Of a stretch of 64,000 nucleotides of DNA, positions 1 to 11,643 are shown in pieces. This DNA comes from Chloroflexota bacterium. GTDB lineage: Bacteria; Chloroflexota; Limnocylindria; Limnocylindrales; CSP1-4. The position numbers and the translations under genes were made by a program. The stretch covers positions 119,570 to 183,569 of the forward strand of contig JAJXUG010000001.1 in NCBI GenBank assembly GCA_021783095.1. The letters run 5' to 3'. The notes under the pieces are model-generated. The model did not search any database, was not told the origin of the DNA, and worked only from the letters and a program-made list of their open reading frames with translations. Numbering within the stretch: position 1 is the first letter of the stretch; every line of letters begins with the position of its first letter.

Positions 1-437
1 AGCCCGACCAGTACGTCCTGATCGACCGCATCTCGCACCTCTGGAGCCCTTACCAGCGCGGCCAGGTCATCGTGTTCCGCCCGCCCAAGAGCGCAAGCGA
101 GCAGGGCGACCCGTTCATCAAGCGCGTCATCGGCGTGGGCGGCGACACGGTCGACATCCACGACGGGCAGGTGTTCGTGAACGGCAAGGCCCTCGACGAG
201 CCCTACCTGTACCGCAACGACACCGGCGAGACGGAGCCGACCGAGGCCAATGGCGGACTGTCGCACTGGGTCGTCCCCGACGGCCACCTGTTCGTGATGG
301 GCGACCACCGGCAGGTCTCCGTCGACAGCCGGATGTTCGGCTTCGTCCCCGTCTCGTCGGTCATCGGCCGCGCCATCCTCCGCTATTGGCCGCTGTCGGC
401 CTTCGAGGTCGTGCAGACCCCGACGTACGCTCAGTAG
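1..437 (+). CDS. lepB: Signal peptidase I (LepB), 5'-truncated by the window edge (C-terminal about 145 aa present)
   Basis: Frame 3 is open from nt 3 with no upstream stop. The translation reads PDQYVLIDRISHLWSPYQRGQVIVFRPPK...IKRVIGVGGDTVDIHDGQVFVNG...VPDGHLFVMGDHRQVSVDSRMFGFVP. These are the typical S26 boxes D and E (GDHR...DSR). Confidence 0.8.
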   Translation, partial: PDQYVLIDRISHLWSPYQRGQVIVFRPPKSASEQGDPFIKRVIGVGGDTVDIHDGQVFVNGKALDEPYLYRNDTGETEPTEANGGLSHWVVPDGHLFVMGDHRQVSVDSRMFGFVPVSSVIGRAILRYWPLSAFEVVQTPTYAQ

Positions 438-722
438 ACGGCGCGCGCGCGGCCGCCCTGCGGTCCGCGAGTCACCTCGGAGGCGACGAATTCGGCCCTC
501 CACAGTCGAATCGTCGCCGCGCGGGCGACGACGCGACCCTGAATGGCGTCTGGAGCCGCGGACTCACGTCGGTTCGTCGCCAAGCAGGCCACGGAACGAT
601 CGCCGAGGCGAGATTCCGTCGCCTCAGAGGCGATCCGGGCGCAGCCATGGCCGGCCACCCCCTTGACGCCCCGCCTCCGTGGTGAGATAGTTGCACGTGC
701 AACAATATTCAGGAGCGCCCCC

Positions 723-1724
723 ATGCCGGCCGTCAGCGTTGACGACATCACCATCCTCCCCCGCATCCCCGCCCCGGACCCGATCGCCGCGAAGCACCGG
801 GCGGTCGTCGACCTCACCACGGCCCCGTCGGGCTTCGAGGGCGACGGCTTCCCCGTCCGCCGCGCGTTCGCGGGCGCCCACCTCGAGGACCTCGACCCGT
901 TCATCCACCTCGACCAGATGGGCGAGGTCGAGTACGCGCCCGGCGAGGCGAAGGGCACGCCGTGGCACCCGCACCGCGGCTTCGAGACCGTGACCTACAT
1001 GCTCGACGGCGTGTTCGAGCACGCCGATTCCAACGGCGGCGGCGGCGTGATCACCAACGGCGACACGCAGTGGATGACCGCCGGCGCCGGGATCCTGCAC
1101 ATCGAGCGCCCGCCCGATTGGCTGGTTGCCCAGGGCGGCCTGTTCCACGGCTTCCAGTTGTGGGTCAACCTGCCGCGCGACCAGAAGCTCGCCACGCCGC
1201 GCTACCAGGACATCCGGGCCGGCGAGGTCGCCCTCGCGTCATCGCCCGACGGCGGCGCGCTCGTGCGCGTCATCGCCGGCGAGGTGGCGGGCCACAAGGG
1301 CCCGGGCTCGACCTGCACGCCCATCACCCTCGTCCACGCGACGCTCTCGCCCGGTGCCGAGCTGGTGCTGCCGTGGCGCGCCGACTTCAACGCGCTCGGC
1401 TACGTGCTCGCCGGGCAGGGCACGGCGGGAACCGAACGACGGCCGGCCGGGATGGGCCAGCTCGCGGTCTTCGGCCCCGGCAACACGCTCACCTTCGCGG
1501 CCGACGGGATCCAGGAGTCGCGCGCGCCGACGTTCGACGTCCTCATCCTGGGCGGGCGGCCGATCCGGGAGCCGATCGCATGGATGGGCCCGTTCGTGAT
1601 GAACACGCGCGAGGAGGTCCTCACGGCCTTCCGCGACTACCAGGCCGGGCGCATCGGGACGATCCCCGCGGTCCACGGCGCGCCGACGACGATCCAGACG
1701 TCGAGTCCGTCCGACCGAGCGTAG
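723..1724 (+). CDS. Pirin family protein (bicupin, quercetin 2,3-dioxygenase-like)
   Basis: ATG at 723 is preceded by caggagcg. The protein contains HPHRGFETVTYMLDG...HADSNGGGG...QWMTAGAGILHIE and a C-terminal cupin. The longer ORF from 543 is an N-terminal over-extension. Confidence 0.85.
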   Translation: MPAVSVDDITILPRIPAPDPIAAKHRAVVDLTTAPSGFEGDGFPVRRAFAGAHLEDLDPFIHLDQMGEVEYAPGEAKGTPWHPHRGFETVTYMLDGVFEHADSNGGGGVITNGDTQWMTAGAGILHIERPPDWLVAQGGLFHGFQLWVNLPRDQKLATPRYQDIRAGEVALASSPDGGALVRVIAGEVAGHKGPGSTCTPITLVHATLSPGAELVLPWRADFNALGYVLAGQGTAGTERRPAGMGQLAVFGPGNTLTFAADGIQESRAPTFDVLILGGRPIREPIAWMGPFVMNTREEVLTAFRDYQAGRIGTIPAVHGAPTTIQTSSPSDRA

Positions 1725-1771
1725 GGGCGAGGGGATCAGGGGCGCACGTGCGGCCCGGCGCGCCCGATACG

Positions 1772-3841
1772 ATGGAGGGCATGCCCACCTCGTACCCCGT
1801 GCCGCCCACCTCCGACCAGGCCGACGACTACCACGGCACCCTGATCGCGGACCCGTACCGCCCGCTCGAGGATGCCGACGCGCCGGCAACCCGGGCCTGG
1901 ATCGAGGCCGAGAACGAGCTGACCGAATCGCTGCTGGCGGCGGTCGCCGGCCGCGGGGCGATCAGGTCCCGGCTCGCGCAGCTGTGGGACGTCGCGCGCA
2001 GCGGGGTGCCCTGGCGGCGCGGCGACCGCTGGTTCCAGCTGCGCAACACGGGCCTCCAGAACCAGGACGTGCTGTGGACGTCCGACCGGCCCGGGGCCGA
2101 GGGCCGCGTCCTGCTCGACCCGAACGTGCTCAACGATGCCGGGACGACCACGCTGAGCTCGATCTCGGTCTCGGAGAGCGGACGCCTGGTCGCGATCGCG
2201 ACCTCCGAGGCGGGCTCCGACTGGCAGACCTGGCGGGTCCTCCGGGCCGACGACGGCACCGAGCTCCCCGATCGGATCCCGTGGAGCAAGTTCGCGGGGG
2301 CCGCGTGGACGCACGACGAGGCCGGGTTCGTCTACGGGCGCTTCCCGGAGCCCGCGCCGGGGGACGCCTTCGACGCGCCGAACCTCGGCATGCAGCTCCG
2401 CTACCACCGGCTCGGGTCGGACCCCGCCGATGACCCCATCGTCTACGAGCGGCCCGACCACGACGACTGGGGCTTCGAGCCCGAGGTCTCCGAGGACGGC
2501 GACCTGATGGTGATCACGGTCTGGCGCGGGACCGACCCCGAGACGCGGATCCACGTGGTCGACCTCCGAGGGTACGCGGGCGACGGTCCGCTCGAGGTGC
2601 GCCCGCTCCTCGACGCCGCGGACGCCGAGTACGAGCTCGTGGCGACCGTCGGCCGAACCCTCTACCTGCGGACGAACCTCGACGCCCCCAACCGCCGCCT
2701 CGTCGGGGTCGACGCCGACGATCCCGCCGCGGCGCTGCGCGAGGTCATCGCCGAGGGCCCGGACGCGCTCGAGCGCGTCACGCTCGTGGGCGGTCGGTTC
2801 GCCGCCGTCACCCTCCACGACGCCCACAGTCGCCTCGCCCTGTTCGAGCTCGACGGCACCCCCGTCGGCCCGGTCGAGATCCCGGGCACCGGCACGATCG
2901 ACGCAACGGCCGGCCGGCGCGGGGACGAGACGCTCTACCTCGGCCTGGACCAGTTCACCGCGCCCAAGCGGGTGCTGGCGGTGCGGATCGCCGACGGCCG
3001 CGTCGCGGTCCTCCCCGACGAGGGCCTGCCGTGGGACCCCGACGCGTTCGTCACCGAGGAGGTGTTCCCGGTGTCGGCCGACGGGACGCGCTTCCCGCTG
3101 TTCCTCGTGCGTCGCCGGGACGTCGAGCCCAACGGCGACGTGCCGACGATCCTCTACGGCTACGGCGGGTTCAGCATCGCGGTCGGGCCCCGGTTCAAGC
3201 CCGAGTGGCTCGCCTGGATGGAGCGCGGCGGGCTGCTTGCGGTCGCCTCGCTGCGCGGCGGCTCGGAGTACGGCACGGCCTGGCACGACGCCGGCCGCCT
3301 CGCCAACAAGCAGAACGTGTTCGACGACTTCGCCGCCGCCCTCCGCTGGCTCGCCGGCAGCGGCTGGACCCGGCCCGCTCGGATCGGGATCACGGGGCGC
3401 TCCAACGGCGGGCTGCTCGTGGGCGCGACGCTCACCCAGCACCCCGAGCTGCTGGGCGCGGCGGTCCCCGAGGTGGGCGTGATGGACATGCTCCGCTTCC
3501 ACCGGTTCACGATCGGCTGGGGCTGGACGAGCGACTACGGCAACCCCGACGACCCCGAGCAGTTCGCATGGGTGCTCGGGTACTCGCCGCTGCACCGCAT
3601 TCGGCCCGGCACCGCCTACCCGCCGACGCTGGTGACCACCGCCGACCACGACGACCGCGTGGTGCCCGGCCACTCGTTCAAGTTCGCCGCCGCGCTCCAG
3701 GCGGCCCAGGCGGGCGAGGCCCCGGTCCTGATCCGGGTCGACACCGACGCGGGCCACGGCGCCGGCAAGCCGGTCAGCAAGCTCATCGCGGAGCGCGCCG
3801 ACGTGCTCGCGTTCCTGGAGTCGGCGCTGGGCGAGACGTAG
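1772..3841 (+). CDS. Prolyl oligopeptidase (peptidase S9A family)
   Basis: N-terminus reads DDYHGTLIADPYRPLEDADAPATRAWIEAENELT, the hallmark of the S9A beta-propeller domain. The catalytic serine box is GITGRSNGGLLVGA, followed by C-terminal Asp and His regions. The 959-aa ORF from 962 is a frame over-extension; an alternative start is 1781 (MPTSYP). Confidence 0.85.
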   Translation: MEGMPTSYPVPPTSDQADDYHGTLIADPYRPLEDADAPATRAWIEAENELTESLLAAVAGRGAIRSRLAQLWDVARSGVPWRRGDRWFQLRNTGLQNQDVLWTSDRPGAEGRVLLDPNVLNDAGTTTLSSISVSESGRLVAIATSEAGSDWQTWRVLRADDGTELPDRIPWSKFAGAAWTHDEAGFVYGRFPEPAPGDAFDAPNLGMQLRYHRLGSDPADDPIVYERPDHDDWGFEPEVSEDGDLMVITVWRGTDPETRIHVVDLRGYAGDGPLEVRPLLDAADAEYELVATVGRTLYLRTNLDAPNRRLVGVDADDPAAALREVIAEGPDALERVTLVGGRFAAVTLHDAHSRLALFELDGTPVGPVEIPGTGTIDATAGRRGDETLYLGLDQFTAPKRVLAVRIADGRVAVLPDEGLPWDPDAFVTEEVFPVSADGTRFPLFLVRRRDVEPNGDVPTILYGYGGFSIAVGPRFKPEWLAWMERGGLLAVASLRGGSEYGTAWHDAGRLANKQNVFDDFAAALRWLAGSGWTRPARIGITGRSNGGLLVGATLTQHPELLGAAVPEVGVMDMLRFHRFTIGWGWTSDYGNPDDPEQFAWVLGYSPLHRIRPGTAYPPTLVTTADHDDRVVPGHSFKFAAALQAAQAGEAPVLIRVDTDAGHGAGKPVSKLIAERADVLAFLESALGET

Positions 3842-3973
3842 CGCCGCACGGCGTCGACACCAGCGGACCCAGCTCGCTCTTCGGGCGCTGGGCCCATCGC
3901 CGTCCGTTGGATAGCCGTCGCACGGAGGCGACAGAGCGAAGCGCCCGCGGTCGGCCAAGATCCGGCGAAGGTA

Positions 3974-3989
3974 CGCAATATATATTGCG
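3974..3989. promoter_or_regulatory. 16-bp perfect AT-rich palindrome CGCAATATATATTGCG, candidate ArsR/SmtB-type operator overlapping the -10 region
   Basis: The sequence is exactly self-complementary and sits 31 bp upstream of the ATG at 4020 of the ArsR-family gene. It is an extreme AT islet in a roughly 70% GC genome. Confidence 0.5.
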
Positions 3990-4019
3990 CACTACTCGTT
4001 GCGGATCTACCATGACCGC

Positions 4020-4610
4020 ATGAGCGAACCACGCGTCAAGCAGGTCACCGATCTGGCCGGGCTCCGGGCCCTCGGCCACCCACTCCGGCTCCGGCTCCTC
4101 GGCCTGCTTCGGGCAGGCGGCCCCGCAACGGCAACCGCGCTCGGGGACAAGGTGGGCGCCGCACCCAACGCGGTCAGCTACCACCTTCGACAACTCGCCA
4201 GGGCGGGGTTCATCGAGCCGGCCGAGACCTCCGGCGGCGACCGGCGTGAGCACGCCTGGAAGGCGAGCCACGAGACGACCTCGTGGGAGCCGTCGGGCTT
4301 CAAGGATTCGCCGGCGTCAAGCGCCGCAGCGGAACTCGTCCGTCGCCGGATCTTCGACGCCTACGACCAGGCCCTCGAGGCCTACCTCCTCGGCGAGCAC
4401 GGGGAGCCGGCATCGTGGCGGGCGGCTGCCGGGTTCGGCGACCTCGCATTCCGCGCCAGCCCGGGCGATCTCAAGGCCGTGCTGGCGGAGGTGAACGCTG
4501 TCGTCGCCCGCTCCCAGCAGCGCGCAATCGGGACCCTGGGCGATCCCGACCCCGACGCACGGACCGTCATGGTCATCTGGCACGGCTTCCCGCTGCCGGT
4601 GGACCGATGA
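4020..4610 (+). CDS. ArsR/SmtB-family winged-HTH transcriptional regulator
   Basis: MSEPRVKQVTDLAGLRALGHPLRLRLLGLLRAGGPATATALGDKVGAAPNAVSYHLRQLARAGFIE is a typical ArsR HTH. An alternative upstream ATG at 3999 would leave only 10 bp after the palindrome. The stop overlaps the next gene's ATG (ATGA). Confidence 0.7.
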   Translation: MSEPRVKQVTDLAGLRALGHPLRLRLLGLLRAGGPATATALGDKVGAAPNAVSYHLRQLARAGFIEPAETSGGDRREHAWKASHETTSWEPSGFKDSPASSAAAELVRRRIFDAYDQALEAYLLGEHGEPASWRAAAGFGDLAFRASPGDLKAVLAEVNAVVARSQQRAIGTLGDPDPDARTVMVIWHGFPLPVDR

Positions 4611-5932
4611 GCGGCCAGCCCCGTCCGGCCCTCGCCCGCCGCGTCGCGGGGCGCCTCGTCTCCCCCCTGCTCCACGAGCGGGACTTCCGGCGCTTCTGGC
4701 TCGGCCAGACCATTTCGGTGTTCGGCGACCAGGTCACCCAGCTCGGGGTCCCGCTGGTCGCGGTGCTCGTGCTGGGCGCGGACGCGACCCAGATGGGGAC
4801 CCTGCTCGCGGTGGGGCTGCTGCCGCACCTGCTGTTCTCGCTGCCGGCCGGCGTCTGGCTGGACCGGGTTCGCCATCGCCGCCGCCTGATGATCGCCGCC
4901 GACCTCGCTCGCGCGGCCTTGATCGCCAGCATCCCGGCCGCGTACGTGGCGGGCGTCCTGTCGATGGCCCAGCTCTACGTCGTCGGGTTCCTGACCGGCT
5001 CGATGGCGGTCGTGTTCGACATCTCGTGGAACACGCTGCTGGTGGCGGTGGTCCGGCGGGAGGCCTTCGTCCAGGCCAACGCGCTCTTCTCCGGCGGCCG
5101 CGCGCTCGCCTTCGTGGGCGGCCCCCCGCTGGCCGGTGTCCTGGTCCAGGTGCTCACGGCGCCGATCGCGCTGGTCGCGGACGCCCTGTCGTTCCTCGGG
5201 TCGGCGTTCTACCTCGCGCGCATCCGCGCAGCCGAGCCGCCCATCGAGATCGTGGAGGAGTCCATGCGCTCGCGGCTGTCGACCGGGCTGGTGTTCATCC
5301 TCCGCGACTCGATCATGCGCCCGATCCTGCTCTCGGTCGCGACGATCAACCTGTTCAACTTCTGCTTCCAGGCGCTCTTCATCCTGTACGTCACGGCCGG
5401 CCTCGGGGTGAGCCCGGGCGTGCTCGGCGCGGCCCTCGGCGCGGGTGCGGTCGGCGGCGTCCTCGGCGCGGTGATCGCCACCCGGGTCGGCGGCCGCCTC
5501 GGGCTGGGCGGGGCCTTCACGCTCGGCTGCGTGCTCTTCCCGGCCCCGATCATCCTCGTGCCGCTGGTCTCGGGCCCATCCGAGGCCGTCATCGCCATGC
5601 TGTTCGCGGTCGAGTTCCTGGCCGGGCTCGGCGTGCAGATCCTCGACATCAACGTGGGGGCGGTCATCGCGGCGCGGACCCCCGACGCAATCCGCTCCCG
5701 GTCCGGCGGCGCCTTCCGGTTCATCAACTACGGGATGCGGCCGGTCGGGGCGTTCCTGGGCGGGCTGCTCGGCGGGGTCATCGGAGTCCGCGAGACGCTG
5801 CTCGTCGTGACGATCGCGGCGTCCCTGGGCGTTGTGTGGCTGGTCGGGTCGCCGATCCCCGGCCTGCGCAACCTGCCCGAGGCGGCCCGGCAGGGGCCTG
5901 AGCCGGCTACCGACGCCCCGGGCTATGGCTAG
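4607..5932 (+). CDS. MFS transporter (EntS/enterobactin-exporter-like, 12 TM)
   Basis: Hydrophobic 12-helix pattern with an FRRFWLGQTISVFGDQVTQLGVPL start. It is translationally coupled to the ArsR gene through an ATGA overlap at 4607-4610. Confidence 0.8.
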   Translation: MSGQPRPALARRVAGRLVSPLLHERDFRRFWLGQTISVFGDQVTQLGVPLVAVLVLGADATQMGTLLAVGLLPHLLFSLPAGVWLDRVRHRRRLMIAADLARAALIASIPAAYVAGVLSMAQLYVVGFLTGSMAVVFDISWNTLLVAVVRREAFVQANALFSGGRALAFVGGPPLAGVLVQVLTAPIALVADALSFLGSAFYLARIRAAEPPIEIVEESMRSRLSTGLVFILRDSIMRPILLSVATINLFNFCFQALFILYVTAGLGVSPGVLGAALGAGAVGGVLGAVIATRVGGRLGLGGAFTLGCVLFPAPIILVPLVSGPSEAVIAMLFAVEFLAGLGVQILDINVGAVIAARTPDAIRSRSGGAFRFINYGMRPVGAFLGGLLGGVIGVRETLLVVTIAASLGVVWLVGSPIPGLRNLPEAARQGPEPATDAPGYG

Positions 5933-6175
5933 AGCCGTGCTTCCGGCCTGCTGCGAGTCCACGCCACGTTAGGCGTCCCGTCTCCGCCATCCAGGCAAAG
6001 GACGACTGCGCCGTCGGGTGCCGGCCGTCAGACGAGCGATCTCGAGGCCGAATCGGCTCGAATCCCCGCCAGACAGTCGCCAGCCACGCAGATGACGATT
6101 TCCCCGGTCAGGCGTAGTCGTCCTCTGACTGGCTGGCGGAGGGGCGGGGGCCGGCGGGTTGGCACCCGCGAGCGC

Positions 6176-7834
<1,659 letters not shown>

Positions 7835-8212
7835 CGGGACCTCGGATGGGCGGGCGGGTCGTCGTGCTCACGATAGCGCGGGGCGTGGGTCAGGTTGGCA
7901 ACCTGCCGGAGTTGAGGCCGCCTGCGTCCTCTCCGGCCCAGGCCCGTTGACGCCGCAGCGCTCGGAACGGCCCAAGCGGAACTCGGACGACGGTCGAGGT
8001 CGTCGGAGGCGAGCGTCTCGCGTGCGGGACGCTCGCGTCTGCCGTCAGCCTGGAACTGCTCCCATCGCGCCATTGTGCAGGGCTCCCGCAGAAGCGTAGG
8101 ATGCGCCTGACCCGAACCAGCTCCTCGTACGGGGCTCGTCCGAGACCGCCAGCTTGTTCCGGCGGCCGGATGCATGAGCCCGCGATGCCCTGGGCGGGAT
8201 GGAGGTTCTTGC

Positions 8213-9313
<1,101 letters not shown>

Positions 9314-9387
9314 CCCCGAACTCGCACCCTCGGCAGCGACCGGCCCGGCGCGCGGCGGGCCGGTCGTTCCACGTCCAGGAGGCCCGC

Positions 9388-9999
9388 ATGACCGACCACG
9401 CTCCCGATCCCCTCCCCGCTGACGACCCGCTGGCCGAGCGCGTCGTGGCGTCCGAGGTGGTGCACCGCGGGCGCTACATGGAGTTCCGCGTCGACACGAT
9501 CGAGCGCGCGGACGGCAGCCGCAGCACGCGCGACATCGTGGGCCACCCGGGCGCCGTGGCGATCCTCGCGGTGGACGGGCTGGGCCGGGTGCTGTTCGTG
9601 CGCCAGTGGCGCGTGGCGGCCGGCCAGGGCCTGCTCGAGATCCCGGCCGGAACGCTCGACGTGCACGACGGCGTCACCGAGGACCCCGACGTCGCCGCCC
9701 GTCGCGAACTCGAGGAGGAGACCGGCCACCGAGCCGCCTCGTGGCGCAAGCTGGCATCCTTCTGGACCGCGCCCGGCTTCGCGTCCGAGAAGATGCACCT
9801 CTACCTCGCCGAGGGGCTGGTGCCGGTCGCCGACGACGACGATCGCCTCGCGCCCGACGAGGACGAGGCGCTCGAGCTGCGACACCTGTCCCTGGACGAG
9901 GCAGTCGGACTGGTGGAGACGGGGCGGATCGCCGACGCCAAGACCATCCTGGGCATCCTGTGGCTCGACCGGATGGGCCGGGGCACCGGCGTCGGCTGA
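9388..9999 (+). CDS. NUDIX hydrolase (ADP-ribose pyrophosphatase-like)
   Basis: The Nudix box is spread over GLLEIPAGTLDVHDGVTEDPDVAARRELEEETG. AGGAGG is 6 nt upstream of ATG 9388. Confidence 0.8.
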   Translation: MTDHAPDPLPADDPLAERVVASEVVHRGRYMEFRVDTIERADGSRSTRDIVGHPGAVAILAVDGLGRVLFVRQWRVAAGQGLLEIPAGTLDVHDGVTEDPDVAARRELEEETGHRAASWRKLASFWTAPGFASEKMHLYLAEGLVPVADDDDRLAPDEDEALELRHLSLDEAVGLVETGRIADAKTILGILWLDRMGRGTGVG

Positions 10000-10072
10000 C
10001 GGCGTCGGCTGACGGCGTCGGCCAGGGCGGGCCCAGGCAGGGGCGGACCTGCGGACCCGCCGCCCTCGGCCC

Positions 10073-10489
10073 TCAGGACCTCCCGGGCGCGCCCGGGAGC
10101 CACGCCGACGCACGGCGGAGAGCCCCGCGGTAGAGCGCCGACTCGGGCGCCATCGCACAGGCGAGCCGCAGGTGGGTCACCGCCTCGGGGACGCGATCGA
10201 GCTTGCGCAGGCTCTGTGCCAGGGCGAAGTGCCCGTAGCTCGACGAGGGGTCCACCTCGAGGAGCGCCTCGAACACCTCCCGCGCCCGGTCAGGCTGGCC
10301 GGCGTTGAAGCAGGCTCGTCCGAGGGCCTCGAGGATCGACCCGCGCCCGGGCTCGAGCCGCGCGGCGCGCTCGAGGACGACGGCGGCCTGCGCATTGTGG
10401 CGGCGCAGCATCAGTGACCGGCCCCGCTGGAGCAGCTCGTAGGCCGACTCCTGGGGCTCGTCAGGAGTCGACGTCGCATCGTCCTGCAT
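10073..10489 (-). CDS. Tetratricopeptide (TPR) repeat protein
   Basis: Two to three TPR-like helical repeats (AYELLQRG...LERAARLEP, ALGRACFNAGQPDRAREVFEALLEVDP, HFALAQSLRKLDRVPEAVTHLRLA). Coding-like GC3 bias. Confidence 0.5.
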   Translation of the reverse strand: MQDDATSTPDEPQESAYELLQRGRSLMLRRHNAQAAVVLERAARLEPGRGSILEALGRACFNAGQPDRAREVFEALLEVDPSSSYGHFALAQSLRKLDRVPEAVTHLRLACAMAPESALYRGALRRASAWLPGAPGRS

Positions 10490-10586
10490 GGCGGGATGGT
10501 CGCACGATGGGCTCGGGCGCGCCCGCGCGAGCGCCGGCCGCGGTCGGCCGGTCGGCTGGGATCGCCTCGTCCCGAACCTCGAGACG

Positions 10587-11606
10587 CTAGTCGCGCCAGG
10601 CGGCCAGGTCGAGGGTCTTGAGCCGCGGGCTCACCGTCACGCCGGGGATCCGCCCGCGCTTGGCGATCGGCTGCCCGTCGATCTCCTTGATGTCGCCGGT
10701 GAAGTCGATCGGCGTGGCGCCCGAGATGTAGCTGCCGACGGCGAACGAATCGACCGGGGCGGCCTTCTCCTTGAAGTGCTGGATCCGCTCGGGGGTCAGG
10801 CCGCCGGACACGACGATGCGGACGTGGCCGTGGCCCTCACGGTCGAGCCGCGCCCGGACCTCGGTCACGAGGTCGGCGGTGACACGACCGCGCTCGGACG
10901 GCGTGTCGAGACGGACGCCGTACAGCCGGTCGCCCAGTGCCTTGGCCACGCGGAGCGCCTCCTCCGCCTCGTCCTTGAACGTGTCCACGAGCACGATCCG
11001 AGGCACGTCGGGGGGCATGTCCCGGTCGAATGCCTCGGCGGCGCGCACGGTGTCGCCGAAGATCAGCACGAGCGAGTGGGGCATCGTCCCGGTGGGGTTG
11101 AGCTTCGCGAGACGCGCGCCGGCCGGGGTCGACGCCCCGACGCAGCCGCCGACGATCGCCGCGTAGTCGAGCACGTCGGTGATGTCCGGGTGCACGTGAC
11201 GGGCGCCGAACGAGATCACCGGCTGCGGGGCCGCGGCCTCGACACACCGGCGGGCAGCGGTGGCCCAGCCCGTGGACTGCGAGAGCATGCCCAGCATGGC
11301 GGTCTCGTACAGGGCGAAGGCGCGGTACCGAGCGTGGATGCGGAGGACGACCTCCTTGGGCGTGACGAGGTCGCCGTCCTCCATCGCCTCCACGACGGCG
11401 CCGGGTTCGTCCGCGAGCACGTGGCCGATCAGGTTGGTCGCCTCGCCCATGCCGCACAGGACCGCGTCCTCGCGGCAGAAGACCTCCATCGTCACCACGG
11501 GGTCGACGCCCTCGCGGTCGAGGATGCTGTTGGCGCGCGCGAAGTAGACGTCGGCCGTCGCGCCCGAGAGGATCTCCATGGACGGGCGGGTGCGCTGCAG
11601 ACCCAT
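10587..11606 (-). CDS. pncB: Nicotinate phosphoribosyltransferase (short archaeal/actinobacterial type)
   Basis: NAPRTase family motifs SFGARHV, IVLVDTFKDE and RLDTPSERG. The ORF is over-extended at its N-terminus; plausible starts are MGLQ (11606) or MEIL (11579). Confidence 0.75.
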   Translation of the reverse strand: MGLQRTRPSMEILSGATADVYFARANSILDREGVDPVVTMEVFCREDAVLCGMGEATNLIGHVLADEPGAVVEAMEDGDLVTPKEVVLRIHARYRAFALYETAMLGMLSQSTGWATAARRCVEAAAPQPVISFGARHVHPDITDVLDYAAIVGGCVGASTPAGARLAKLNPTGTMPHSLVLIFGDTVRAAEAFDRDMPPDVPRIVLVDTFKDEAEEALRVAKALGDRLYGVRLDTPSERGRVTADLVTEVRARLDREGHGHVRIVVSGGLTPERIQHFKEKAAPVDSFAVGSYISGATPIDFTGDIKEIDGQPIAKRGRIPGVTVSPRLKTLDLAAWRD

Positions 11607-11643
11607 CAAGCGCTCACCGCCTCCCGGGCGCTGGCCATGACGA

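Noticed and set aside
962-3958. Very long ORFs in alternative frames (for example 962..3841 N-terminal extension; 1736..3958 minus, 740 aa; also 6092..7795, 6462..7871, 8045..9253, 10488..11720, 12307..14829, 16511..18424, 40198.., 43044..46541, 50307..51983, 56784..59651).
   Set aside because: Their translations are Arg/Ala/Pro/Gly-rich low-complexity strings typical of non-coding frames in roughly 70% GC DNA. Each overlaps a confidently identified gene in another frame, so I treat them as artefacts.
6040-6080. Possible tRNA because of a T-loop-like string GGCTCGAATCCCCGCC in the convergent intergenic spacer.
   Set aside because: No T-stem pairing can be drawn around the loop, and there is no acceptor stem or anticodon arm in the flanking 75 nt.
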